Below, piece after piece: positions 52,501 to 64,000 of a stretch of 64,000 nt of DNA. The notes below the pieces were generated by a model. It did no database searches and was not told the DNA's origin. It was given only the letters and a program-made list of their open reading frames with translations. The DNA lies in NCBI GenBank assembly GCA_013239625.1, contig MU054212.1:7352270-7416269 (forward strand), given 5' to 3'. The first letter of the stretch is position 1. The number at the start of each line of letters is the position of its first letter. The DNA comes from Lama guanicoe (lineage: Eukaryota). The position numbers and the translations under genes are program-made.

Positions 52501-52609
52501 ATCTTGGCTAATTTAGCTTATGTATATAAAGCATCCAGCACAGGGCCTGGGCTCCAGCAGATACACATAACCAGATTCAACATGCTAATGAGTTAAATTT
52601 ATATTCACA

Positions 52610-53790
52610 AGTGATTGCAAGGTAATTTGCTTTTCTAGTGCTATTCTTGACGACAGGATAACAGTAGCATCACAAAATGTGCTTTCCATTTCTTTTTCTT
52701 TTCCTCTCTTTTAGATCTGTTGGTCTAAAATGAAGATTATCTAGTCCCTGAAGTTTTGGTAAACCTCATTTGTAAAACCATCTGGGTCTGATTTCTTTAA
52801 TGGAAAGATATTCTTATAATACTGATTCAATATATTTAATTTGGAATATCTATTCCTTTTTGAGTCCATATTGGTCAGTTATATTTTTGTAAAACAGTGT
52901 CTTGTATTTCTAAATTTTCAAGTATACTTGCATAAAGTTATTAATAAGGCTAAAACAATTTTTAATTATAAAATAGATTTTCTGCTTCCTTTCTCTTCAT
53001 CTTGCCAGATATTTTTAACGTTCTTTCAAAGATTCTGTTTCTGATTTTGTTGATCTTCTGTTGCTTTTTTGTTTTCTACTTAATGTCTCCATTTATTTTC
53101 TTCTGTATGCCCATTCTCTCTCATCTGTTTCTAACTTTTTGAGTTAAATGACTAGCACATTAGTTTTCTATTTTTTTCTAATGTGTGTCAAAATACCACT
53201 TTCATTCCATCACACAACCTTAATGTGCAGTGTTTTCATCTTCATTAATTATAAATATTTCTGAACAAAATGCTATCAGCATATTAATGATGCTTTGGTT
53301 GTCACCATTCATTAGGTGGTCAGTATGTCTGAGAGAATGTTGTTATCAGATAGCTGGGGCAGGATCTAGACACAGCCAGACTAAATTTTAATTACTTTTT
53401 CAAATCCAAAGGTTTTTTTCTTTCTTTCCATCAGTTTCTGAGAGAAGTCTGTTAAGTCTATGGCTATGATTGCAGATGTGTCCATTTCTTCTTGTAATTT
53501 TGCTAATTTTTTATCTATTGATTTTAAGATTGTTATTGGGACAGTAGTTTCTAGACGGTGACTTTCTCATGAAAATGTTCCTTTCATTTTTAGGTAGTAA
53601 ATCTTTTATGCTCCAAAGCCTTTGTCTTAAAGCCAATTTGACTTACTGTTACACACATACACAGACATGCATGTGGGCTCATATATATTATAAAAATTTC
53701 TTTTAAATTCTTCAAGATTCTTTTATATGGGTCTTTTCTATCAATATAGAACTATATTTTATTTATGTATCCACCTAAGGACCTGTCCTG
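52610..53790 (-). mobile_element. Very old L1 ORF2 remnant
   Basis: 'tttggtaaacctcatttgtaaaaccatctgggtctg' and 'atggctatgattgcagatgtgtccatttcttcttgtaatttt'. Confidence 0.6.
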
Positions 53791-55597
53791 ACCAAAAAAA
53801 AAACAGATAATAACAGAGCAAGACTTTTAAAATGTTAATACAAGGACTGGGATCATGCCATCTTCAGGGAACTCATCCTTTGATTAAGAGAGAAGATCTG
53901 ATGCTACAGTTCAGAGGGAACCATTTGTCTCTTCTGAAGTCTGTGTCAAACTAAATAAATTTTTAACCCATTTGGGTCTAACCTGATTGTGCTTTCAAGT
54001 CTTTAACTCCTCTTGACTTTAAATTTATTCTACTTAATAAACACTGATTATCAACATTAGGCTACCAAAAAAATAGGGTGTTTATCTATAAAACGTGTAA
54101 CAAGTTACTGAGACACTCTACAGATATTTAAGAAAATACGAAAAGCAAGATATATATATCATTGTCAAGGCCAAGTAGTTGTGTAAAGCATCATGCAAAG
54201 GAGAAAGAGTTTACAGATCATCCCTCTTCTTCCCCCCAAAGAAGTCTTCTTTCTAGCAAAACTAGGGATCAGATGCTGACAGCAATTACAGGTTGAATTA
54301 GAGATCCATTATAACATATTCCCATGCTGACTTGAAGGCAATTCTGATGGTTTAAACTGTAATTGTCAATATCCCATACATTAAAAAATTATACATGATT
54401 ATCACGGGACAAGTTTAGTAGCCAAGTCTTTATATACTTCAAAATATAAATCTCTTGGATCTGCCTTTAAAAAGTCATCTATTAAATTTCCCTTTTACTA
54501 GATTTTCCTGTATTTTCACCTTTTTTCTATTGTCTTAGTCCATTTGTTTTATTTTATTTTCCTCATCTAAATGTTACCTTGCTAAAAAAGAAAAAAAAAG
54601 AAGAAAAAAAGAGGAAAACCACAGTTAAATATCTCAGGACTTTTGTTCTCATCTCAATGAGATGAGAGCACAGTTTTCTACACCATCAACTTTTCCTCCT
54701 TGGCTCTCACAGTCTTTCCTTACATTTGCTAATTCCTGCTGGTACTCAGCTTTGTAAACTGTCTGAGTTTATTTAGGGCGTGGTCTTTGTCCTTGAGCTT
54801 CAAATTCAGTATTTGGTAGAGACCTGGCTAATCATTTTGATGAACTGTGGATGACCTAAAAGTACGACTCAGCATTCCAGCAGAGTCTTGGAAATTTGTA
54901 AGCGGAAAGACTCATCACATGTTTCTGTCTTTCTCCTCTATTTTGCTTGTGGGAAAAGATAAAAATATTGCAGTAGGGAGACAGAAGAGTTACTTTTTAA
55001 CTTAAGCTGATTCAAACATACTCTATGAGGGCATTATGAATTACTGTATTATTCAGGGGGTTATGTATTTACAAATATGCATGTTTTTTTAGTAACAGGA
55101 AGCAGTCCCTAAAGCCAGAAGAAAATGAAACATCCATAGAGAGCTCATTGGGTCAGAAATATCACAGTTGCTTGAACCATTGGGTTCTGATTTTCATGGC
55201 CACTGCTAATGTCTTAATTTTCTAGGAATTTCCAAGCATTAGTAGAAAGCATAGCAAACAAGGAGCATAAGATGAAAACGCCCAGAACGCCCTCAGGAAA
55301 GACTAGTTATCTGTTTGATTCCTTTACCCTTTTATACGTTTTAATTTTGTTCCATTTTTAAGGGAACAGAAAAACAATACACCACATTTTAAATGTCAGT
55401 TATAAAATTATCTGTTTATGTGTATCTATTCAATCTATTTCAAGAAATATTTCAAGATCCTTGAAAGGAATAAATTGGATGAAAACTACCTGTGTTAAAG
55501 TATTGATAACTCAAATAGTAAAAACCTACTAATAGATTTGGACTTGGACACAGGTTTCTTCTCCAAATGATAAAATCTCATTTGTTAGACACAAAAA

Positions 55598-55810
55598 AGG
55601 TGTAGCATATAGTGATAAGATTATAAAACTGGCATGTGAAAAACCTGGGCTCATGTCCTAATGCAGAAAACTAGCCTTGTGAATTTGGGCAAATCACCTG
55701 CCTTCTCTGAGATTCTCAACACTGCTGAATAGTAATCCTACTTTTGTCTGTTTCTCAGACTGTTGGAGCAAGGGGAGTGAAATTTGATTATGAGGGTTAA
55801 ATGGTTCAAT
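55598..55810 (+). mobile_element. MIR SINE, degraded
   Basis: 'acctgggctcatgtcctaatg...tgtgaatttgggcaaatcacctgccttctctgag'. Confidence 0.65.
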
Positions 55811-55924
55811 AAGATCTTTTTCTTAACTGGGACCCTACCTTTGCCTTAACTCCTCAGTGATGATAAAGGATTCAGGGATTACTTATGTTAAAGTCTAAAG
55901 ATTTATTTAAACTGATGACTTACT

Positions 55925-56424
55925 ATATTAATCAAGGTTCTCCAGAGTAACAGAACCAACAGAGGGTATATGTGTGTGTGTGTGAAATATATACACAATA
56001 AGGAACTGGCTTGATTATGGAGGCTGGGAAGTCCCAAGATCTGCAATGGGCAAGCTAGAGACCCAGGAGGGGTGATGGTGGAGCTCTAACCTGAGTCCTA
56101 AGGCCTAAGAACCAGGAAAGCTGATAAGTTCCAGCCCCAAAGCTGGGAGGCTCATGACCCAAGAACTGCTGATACTTCAGTTCGAGTCCAGAAGCAGGAA
56201 AAGACCAAAGCCCCTGCTCAAGCACTTTGGCAAAAGGCGTTTGCCCTTTCTTAGCCTTTTTGGTTCTATTCAGGTCTTCATTTGATTGGATAAGGCCCAC
56301 GCACATTAGAGAAGGCAATCTCCTTTGCCTAGCCCACCAACTGAAATGTTAATTTCACTCAGGACCACCCTCCCGGATGCACCCGGAATAATGTTTGGCC
56401 GGTCCAGGTGACATAAAATAACAT
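55925..56424 (-). mobile_element. ERVL solo LTR (MLT2B-like)
   Basis: 'ggttctccagagtaacagaaccaa...attatggaggctgggaagtcccaagatctgca...gattggataaggcccacgcacattagagaaggcaatct'. Confidence 0.9.
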
Positions 56425-56492
56425 CCTATTCATGTATCTTATTCAATGTAATTTTCCTTCTGATCTCAAATGGCAGATATTCTAAATTACAC

Positions 56493-56613
56493 TTTTCTTT
56501 TTGGTAGGGGGAGGTAGTTAGGCTTATTAACTCTTAGAGGAGGTACTGGGTATTGAATCCAGGTCCGCATGCATGCTAAGCACACACTCTACCCCTTGAG
56601 TTATACCCTTCCC
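56493..56613 (-). mobile_element. tRNA-derived SINE (camelid Vic-1 type, longer-tail variant)
   Basis: The reverse complement has the same tRNA-like head plus a 3' 'cctaactacctccccc' segment and A tail. TSD ctaaatta at 56482-56489 and 56615-56622. Confidence 0.88.
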
Positions 56614-57619
56614 GCTAAATTATTTTTTTAGATAGTTACCCAAGACAAGGTGAACAAATAAGAGCTGGCTTTTCTATATGCTCAATAGGAATATGAATTA
56701 TTTTAAATTCTTGGATATTGGACAAACACCCACCTAGTGTTTATATACCACAATGATTAAAAAACTTAGGGTAACAACAACTATAGCAGAAATGCCGATG
56801 GCTCACGAGGCAGGGTTTATGTGAATTAGTAACCCCAGTTCTGGAAGGGTTATTACTTCACTAATAATTACCAATCCAATGATAGTTAATAACTGTAATA
56901 CTGTAATATTACAATAATGTTATAAAATCCAATATTGACTCTCAGCTTGGTGATTACATTAGAGAATAATACTTTAGTAAAAATTCCTTAAAGTATAATA
57001 GTGAATTTGTCTGTTTTAAAGGACAAAATGAATTTTTAAAATAAAATTTCCAGTATCCTCATCAGTCTCAGTAACCTGAAAAATATGCTACCATTTCAAT
57101 TTATGTGTTTTAAATCCCTCAAAGTTCACTCTAAATAAATAATATAGAACTCATAGAATAAAGTGTTCTTGTAGGAGCCTATATATATACACATAAATAT
57201 AAGTTTGTAAGTTATATATGCATAGAAAAGTACAAATGAGATGGTTTAGTCTGAAATTTGTTTTCAAAATTTTCAGAGAGCAGTCTGTTTTACTTTATTG
57301 TCTTGCACAAAAAGGTTTTATCAATATTTTCAGGAGATGGATAAATGGTATATATATCCTTGGTAAGTTTTACACTTTTTGCCTTGGAAGTGAGGGTGAA
57401 CATGGGATGGGGTAGATACTGCTACCTCTGAAGTATGTATTTTGCATTTAGAGTCTAATAATCAGAGGTTAAGAAGAAGAGAAAAATCAAATCACTAACT
57501 TTGAGAAAGAATACGACTATTACAGTAACTATAATTGAACCAAGTCTATTGAATCATCAAATTGAAACTAACGTCAGCAAGCGTGGCTATTCTGCATGTT
57601 TAAAAAGAATGTCCAAGAG

Positions 57620-58320
57620 TGGTTCCAGCATCATGGCAGCTTAAGATGTTGCTCCTTTGCGTCCTCATTTTTGAACAGTAAATTAGACATTTGTCCATGA
57701 ACATCCAAGTTCATGAAGCAAACCAATCACCCTCTTTATCTCAACTTCTCTAAGACACAGTATAATAAAGTTGGCAGAAATCAAAGATAAGGAGAGAATC
57801 CTAAAAGCAAAAGCAGGGGGATAAAGATCATAGCCTACAAAGGAACCCCCTTCTAGGCTGTCAGATTTCTCAGGCCAGGAGAGAATGGAACGGCATATGC
57901 AAAGTGTTCAAGAAAATAACTGCGAGCACAAAGTACTCTGGCAAAGTTACCCTTGAGACATGAAGGAATAATAAAGATTTCCTCAGGGAAAACATCTGAG
58001 GGAGTGTATTACCAGTAGACATACCGTGCCAGAAATGCTGAAATCAGGTCTTAAAACTGAAAGGATGCAAATCAATGCTAAGAAGAGATGAAAATATACA
58101 ACATACTGGTAACACAAAGGTAAATATAGTGATATTAAAAATATAGCTACTCTAACTTAATACAAAAGATAGTGGTAAATAATGATATAAAAATATAAAA
58201 GGGGGAGTAAACAGGTAACGCTTTCGTAGACAGAAACAAAAACTACAGAAATATGAAACAACCAGAAAACAATACGATGCTGTGTAAGTCCTTGCATATC
58301 AATGACAACTCTAAATGTGA
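57620..58320 (+). mobile_element. L1 fragment (short 5' piece + ORF1 C-terminal part, ending at the ORF2 start)
   Basis: 'ctctaagacacagtataataaagttggcagaaatcaaagataaggagagaatcctaaaagca' (ORF1 PRHIIIK...DKERILKA), ending 'atatcaatgacaactctaaatgtg'. Confidence 0.75.
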
Positions 58321-58321
58321 C

Positions 58322-60752
58322 AGAGGGACTCAAGCTAGCGGAGTAAGAAGACACTGAGCTCACTTCCTCTCGCGTGCACACCAAAATCACACCTACTTAC
58401 AGAGCAACTGTCTGTGAGAATGACTTCAACAACAGCAGAAAAGACTTCCCACAACTGAAGATACGAAGGACCCACAGCGAGACGGGGGGGAACAGACCCA
58501 CACATGGAAGGGACAGCACGACCACAGAGTTCCTCCCTGAGGAGCAAGGAGATACTTGCACTGGGAAGATGAACCCCCGGGAAGCTGGGCTTTAAACAAA
58601 TAAAGCTTACACTCAGGAGAGCTGAAAGGCTATTGGAAATAGACTCTGCTACTAAAAGGCACGCATAAAAGTTCACCTCGGAGTTCTAGCACAGAGGCAA
58701 TGACTGGGTCAGACCCACTTTTTGATCGTGGAGAGCCTCTTGAAAGGCAGGAGGCGGCAAGGACTCCTAACAGTAATCAGTCTGACCACACCAGAAGGGT
58801 GCAGGGAGCATCCAGCTCTGGTGACCAGAGTGGGGCATGCTCCTGGGCCCCATGTAAGGGTACCCCTCCAAGATCGGGAGACAGGCAGGCCTACATAAGA
58901 CACAGAAATAAACACAGAAGTTAGGTAAAATGAAGAGGCAGAGAAGTATGTTCCAAATGAAGGAATACGACAAAACTCCAGTAGAAGAGGTAAATGAAAT
59001 GGAGATGAGCATTCTCCCTGATACGAAATTCAAAGTAATGATTATAAACATGCTCACTGATCTTGTGAGAAGGATGAATAAACACAGAACATCAACAAGC
59101 AGAAAAGGAAAGAGCCAATGAGAGCTGAAGAATATAATTAACTGAAATGAAAATAAAACACTAGAGTCAACATAAGTCTGGATGACACAGAAGAATGGAT
59201 CAGTGATCTGGAAGACAGTAGCAGAAATCACCCAAGCTGAACAGAAAAAAGGAAAATTTTTAAAGAGACTAGTTTAAGGGACTGCTAGACAATATCAACC
59301 ACATTCACATTATAGGGGCTCCAGAAAGAAGAGAGAGAAATGGGCAGAGAATGTATTGGAAAAAATAGGTGAAATCTATCTAATCTGGGGAAAGAAACAG
59401 ACATCCAGTAGACATCCAGTCCAAGAAGCAGAGTCCCAAACAAGGTGAACTGAAAGAGGTCCACACCAAGACCCATTATAATTAAAACAGCAAAAATTAA
59501 AGTTACAAAGAGACTGTTTATACAGGGAACTCCTGTAAGATCATTACCTGGCTTTTCAGCAGAAACTTGCAGACCAAAAGTGAGTGGCATGATACATTCA
59601 AAGTTCTGAAAGAAAAAACCTACAAACAAGAATGTTACTTGACAAAGTTATTATTCATAACTCGGAGATAAACTCTTAACTTTTGTTTGTAACACTCTTT
59701 AGCACCACTAAATCAACCAATACAATACAATGTTAAAAGGGACTTCCCTAAGCATCAAAGAAAAGGCCACAATTAGAAATAAGAAAATTATGATAGGAAA
59801 AAAATAAAACCCACTGGCAAAGGCAAACATATACTAAAGGTAGTGGATCACACAGTTACAGAGCTGGTAGGAAGGTTAAAGATGACAGTAGTAAAAGCAG
59901 CCATGTCTACAGTAAGTAGATAAGGGATCTGTGAAGCAAAAGTATGCAAAATAGGTCAAAAACATAAAACACTGGTGATGTAAACTGGTTCAGTCACTAT
60001 GGAGAACAGGATAGTTCAAAAAAATCAGAACTGTCATATCAGCCAGCAGTCCCACTTCTGGGTATATAGCCAGAGAAAATAAAAACAGGATATTGAAGAG
60101 AGAGCACCACTCCCACCTGTAGTGCAGCATTATTCACCCTGGCCAGATATGTGAACAACCTAAGTGTCGATGGATGGATAAACAAATAGTGGGGTGTGTG
60201 TACGTGTGTATGTATATACACATATACATGCATACACACACTATAATGTACAATACAATAATATGCAATACAGTATTCAGCCATGAGAAAGGAGGAGATC
60301 CTGCCATTTGCAACAACATGGATGGACCCTGAGACCGTTATACTAAGTAAGTCAGACAGAGTAAGACAAATGCTGTATGATATCACTTATACTTAAAAAT
60401 CTAAAAAGTCAAATTCATAAAAATATATCGCAGCATGGTGGTTACAAGGGGCTGAGGGTGGTGGAATTTGGGGAAATGTTAAGGGTACAAACTTGAAACA
60501 AGTAGTGAATAAGCTCTACTGTACAGCATAGGATTATAGACAACAATATTGTATTTTAAACTTCAAAGATGCTAAGAGACTAAGACTTAGATGTTTGCAA
60601 CCCCACCCCCCAAAAAGAAATAATAATTATTTGGCGTGATAGAGGTGTTAGCTAATGCTATGGTGGTTATCACACTGCAATATATAAATGTATCAAATTG
60701 ATAACCATAAACTTACAGTGTTATATGTCCATTACAGCTCAATAAAATAAAT
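58322..60752 (+). mobile_element. L1 with 5'UTR, ORF1 and 3' end but almost all of ORF2 missing
   Basis: 5' start 'gagggactcaagctagcggagtaagaagac'. ORF1 peptide MFQMKEYDK...MSILPDTKFKVMIINML. Jumps at ~59970 to 'atgtaaactggttcagtcactatggagaacag' and ends aataaaataaa. Confidence 0.85.
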
Positions 60753-63156
60753 ATCCACATTTAATTTAGAACTATCCAAAACTATGAAGGAAGCAAAGAC
60801 TCGTGAAATACTAGCCTTATTATCCTTTCAGTCAATAAACCTTGGGGGTAAAAATATAAATTCAAGAAATACAGATTTTTAAGAAGCAGTGTTTGGAGAG
60901 AGAGCACACCTGCCTGCCTTTCCTCAGTAATCTCTTATCACATTTTTGCTTTGCTTTGTCAAAAATCAAGGGATTGAAATGTTAAACATGACTTATTATG
61001 AATGTAGACAAAATATTTTCTTGTATGTGAAGGGAACTGGGGTTGATGACATCACTCCCTGGAGGTTAATGCCGTCCTCCCAATTTCTCACCTTTGTTTT
61101 TAAGTCGCTTTAAAAGCAAATGAATGTTTTACAGGAAAACAGAAGAAATCATGGGAACGGACTGCAACTGGACAGAGTAGTGGAAGATGAGGATGCGGAA
61201 GAGGCAGGTACCTTATAAACACACAAGAACATGTCTGTTTGGAAAGATGACAGCAGACACACACTGTATGGCATTCCTCACAATTATAGACACATGTGTG
61301 TTTATAAATATGTTTTCAGGAACAGTGTTAACATAATTATCCTACAATATTGCTTCAAAGGACAACAGAGATACATGTATAATGCCCACAATAGGAACCA
61401 GAAAAATTCCTAAATGTCAAGTAGGGTCCAGGCTACCTTTAGATAGTCAGAGTCTCCAAAAGGATTATATTCCCTAATGGGTTTAAGTTATCAGAAATAA
61501 TTTGTTTCTCTGTGTGACCACTGAGATACTGGTCAGAATGTTAGTCATCGCACACTTAATTTTGTAATCTGTTGTTAATTCTGGATTTGAGTGAGTGAAC
61601 CCAGGAGCAACTCAGGAAGCAGAAGGGCACTGTGTGAATGCACAAACACATCCACTTCCAAATGTTCCAGCAACTACACGGATGGGAGAAAAGGTTTCAG
61701 AAAAAGCCTTTGTGTATTAGCCAAGCCAAACGTCATTTTAAATGACTGTGCACCTTAAAATCGCAAGAGGAGATACTAGCATTGTAATTGTAATCATTCT
61801 TGGCATCTACATTTTTTAATATGAAAGAGAAAAGAAACAAGGCAACTCTGGCCTTCCTACCCTCTTAGAATGACTCGGGCAGTAAGATCAAAGATCTCTA
61901 GCGAGGCTAAGGGGGCAGCCTGGTGCCTGTGTCTGAAAGGTACATCCATACCTGGACCCAGGGCAGAGGAGTACAGACAGCGGCTAATTCAATTTCCATC
62001 CCGACTTCCTCGAAAGGTAGAACATTCTGAACTCCCTGCCAAGAGAGCTCCTTCCTGAATAGCAGAGGGCTGGCAAGGCCAAGATAATTTAACTGCTCTG
62101 TTCAGATAGAGTCCCAGAGGACGTGTCAAAGTTCAAAGGAGGTTGTTAAGAAAAACAACCCAAGCCAACCAGAATGAACTCAGGGCACCTGGAAAGCCCG
62201 AGTGGTATACCAGCAGGCTCAGGAAGAAAGGTCCCAAAATACTAAAGTCTGCTCTTCATTCCATCCCTTCGGCGAGCAGACACAAACACAAAATTCTCAA
62301 GGGACCTTAAAAAGTACATAAGCTCCATTTTACTGTAGAGAACAGGCTTTTTAGAGAAGCTGCCGTCAGAAAAGCCTGATCAATACTGAGCTGTAAAACC
62401 CAATTACATGTGCTGGCTCGTGCAGGGAAAACACAGGGTCACTCACCTGTCTCTTCAGAACCCTTGCTCTGAGGCTCCCTGACCTACCGAAACCTGCTGG
62501 AAGATATGAGGGCTCAGTCAGATAAAACGGAAAGATGCTTCCCTTTATTCTGCAGATAATTCATAGCATTTTCCTTTCAACTGGCAAATGGTTAACAGCA
62601 TTTCCAGTCATTAAAATTGACAAATAAGCACCATCTCCCTGAATCTCAGTGCATATGTGTGCAAAAAATTCACAGTCTCAGCTGAATTCTAGGTTATTAT
62701 TATGGTATATGTGGTGGAGCTGGAAAAACAATGAACTCGGTGACAAAACTGTGGTCACATTTCAGGCACATGGAGTCTGAGCTTGCTTTCTCTAAACGCA
62801 CAACTCCAAATTCTGTTACAACAAAACTTTTAAAATGTGTTTTTTTCTAGCTTAAAAGTAATCCCAGCTTATGTCAAAGAGGGTCTCACTACTTCTGTTC
62901 CACATTATTAGCTCTTCTCAGACCCTTAAAATAACTGAAAATTACTTAAAAACTGAGCAGTTTGAATTAAAAGCATTACTCTTTAAGAATCACCATTTAC
63001 ATTTTCATAAGGTTATTCGCTGACCCCACTTATTTCATTGAGGAGTGAATGATATGTACATAATTAAATGCAAGGAGCCTGATGGAATAAACGTAGGAAA
63101 AAAGGTCTTCTGCAACACTGAAACCATCCAAAGGTCAATATAATGGACCTAGAATC

Positions 63157-63349
63157 AGCACTGGTCAATAGAAAATTCCCTGGTGATGGAAACGTCCTGT
63201 GCTGTTCAATCCCATAGCCACTTGGGCAGTTGAACACACGAACTGTGTCCCAGTGTGACTGAGGAACTGAATTTTACATCTTATTTAACTTTTTCATTGT
63301 CAATGTCAGTAGCCACATATGGCTAGTGGCTATCATACCAGATATCATG
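63157..63349. mobile_element. MER3-like hAT-Charlie MITE
   Basis: 'cagcactggtcaatagaaa...gtgtgactgaggaactgaatttt...tagccacatatggctagtggcta'. Confidence 0.85.
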
Positions 63350-64000
63350 GATCTTGATAAACTTACATTTGAAAGCAATGGAAAATAATCAAAATAAGGA
63401 TACAGATCAGCAGGGATTAGAGTAGGAAAATATCCTGATTAAGTCCTCAAAGGAACACACGTGGGAGAAATGGGCTAAGAATTGGCAGTCCCAGTAAGTT
63501 GGACATAGTGGGAACTTCCTTTGTAGCCAGAGATTTTCCCATCACTGTGTGCTGTAGAATGCTTTGACAGATCACTGAGATATAGTACCTGCGTAATCCC
63601 AATTACACTGCCTTCATTCAGGTCACTCAGTTATCCTTCATGTATGATGTTATTATCACGTGGATTTCCCCATTGTGTAAAGGGGATATAAATGAACCAG
63701 ATGGCATTGCTTAACTTCTGTGAATTACTGGTAGGTTCTACTCTATAAAATCATTATCTATACAGTTTTATAAAATCAATCTTATGCATTTTTCAGCCCA
63801 GAATCACCCAGCAGGTCTCCTGGAACAGAACGGTTTCCTCCCCGCATACCTGCACTTCTTCTTTGCATTTGATTAGTGAGCCACACGTTATTAAAAAGGT
63901 AAGGTAAAAGTAGAAAGTGCACCTTTCCAGTTCCCTCAATAACTATGATAAACATTTCTTTCCTGAATCAGGAGACTTAAACTGAATACATTTTAAAACA

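Larger units (their letters stand above)
44019..64000 (-). other. NOL4: NOL4 last intron (continues beyond window)
   Basis: Upstream of the terminal-exon acceptor and TE-rich. I recognised no further NOL4 coding exon. Confidence 0.7.

Noticed and set aside
1..64000. CRISPR arrays, operons, rRNA or prokaryotic defence systems
   Set aside because: The sequence is mammalian. There are no regularly spaced repeat-spacer arrays, rRNA or gene-dense ORF clusters.

Overview
Mammalian genomic DNA, not prokaryotic or viral. It is most likely camelid (camel/alpaca/llama), judging from four Vic-1-type tRNA-derived SINEs. The only protein-coding sequence I can support is the terminal coding exon of NOL4 on the minus strand (44018-43825), followed by a ~1.75 kb 3'UTR with AATAAA at 42102-42097. 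Positions 44019-64000 look like NOL4 last-intron sequence, and 1-42000 looks like downstream intergenic DNA. Much of the window is decayed transposable elements: nested L1s, L2, MIR, MaLR/ERVL LTRs, an ERVL integrase remnant, a Charlie hAT transposase remnant, and MER58A/MER3/MER5/MER8 DNA transposons. Nearly all other ORF-track entries are chance ORFs or TE remnants. I found no convincing new biological system. The best second-look items are an orphan CpG-island/TATA promoter candidate at ~34 kb, an 84-bp TTAA-flanked piggyBac-like mini-element, inverted L1 insertions with twin-priming geometry, a candidate cryptic NOL4 exon, and a TCF/MEIS-motif-dense enhancer candidate. Repeat family names are recognised by eye from remembered consensus sequences, and repeat boundaries are approximate unless TSDs are quoted.
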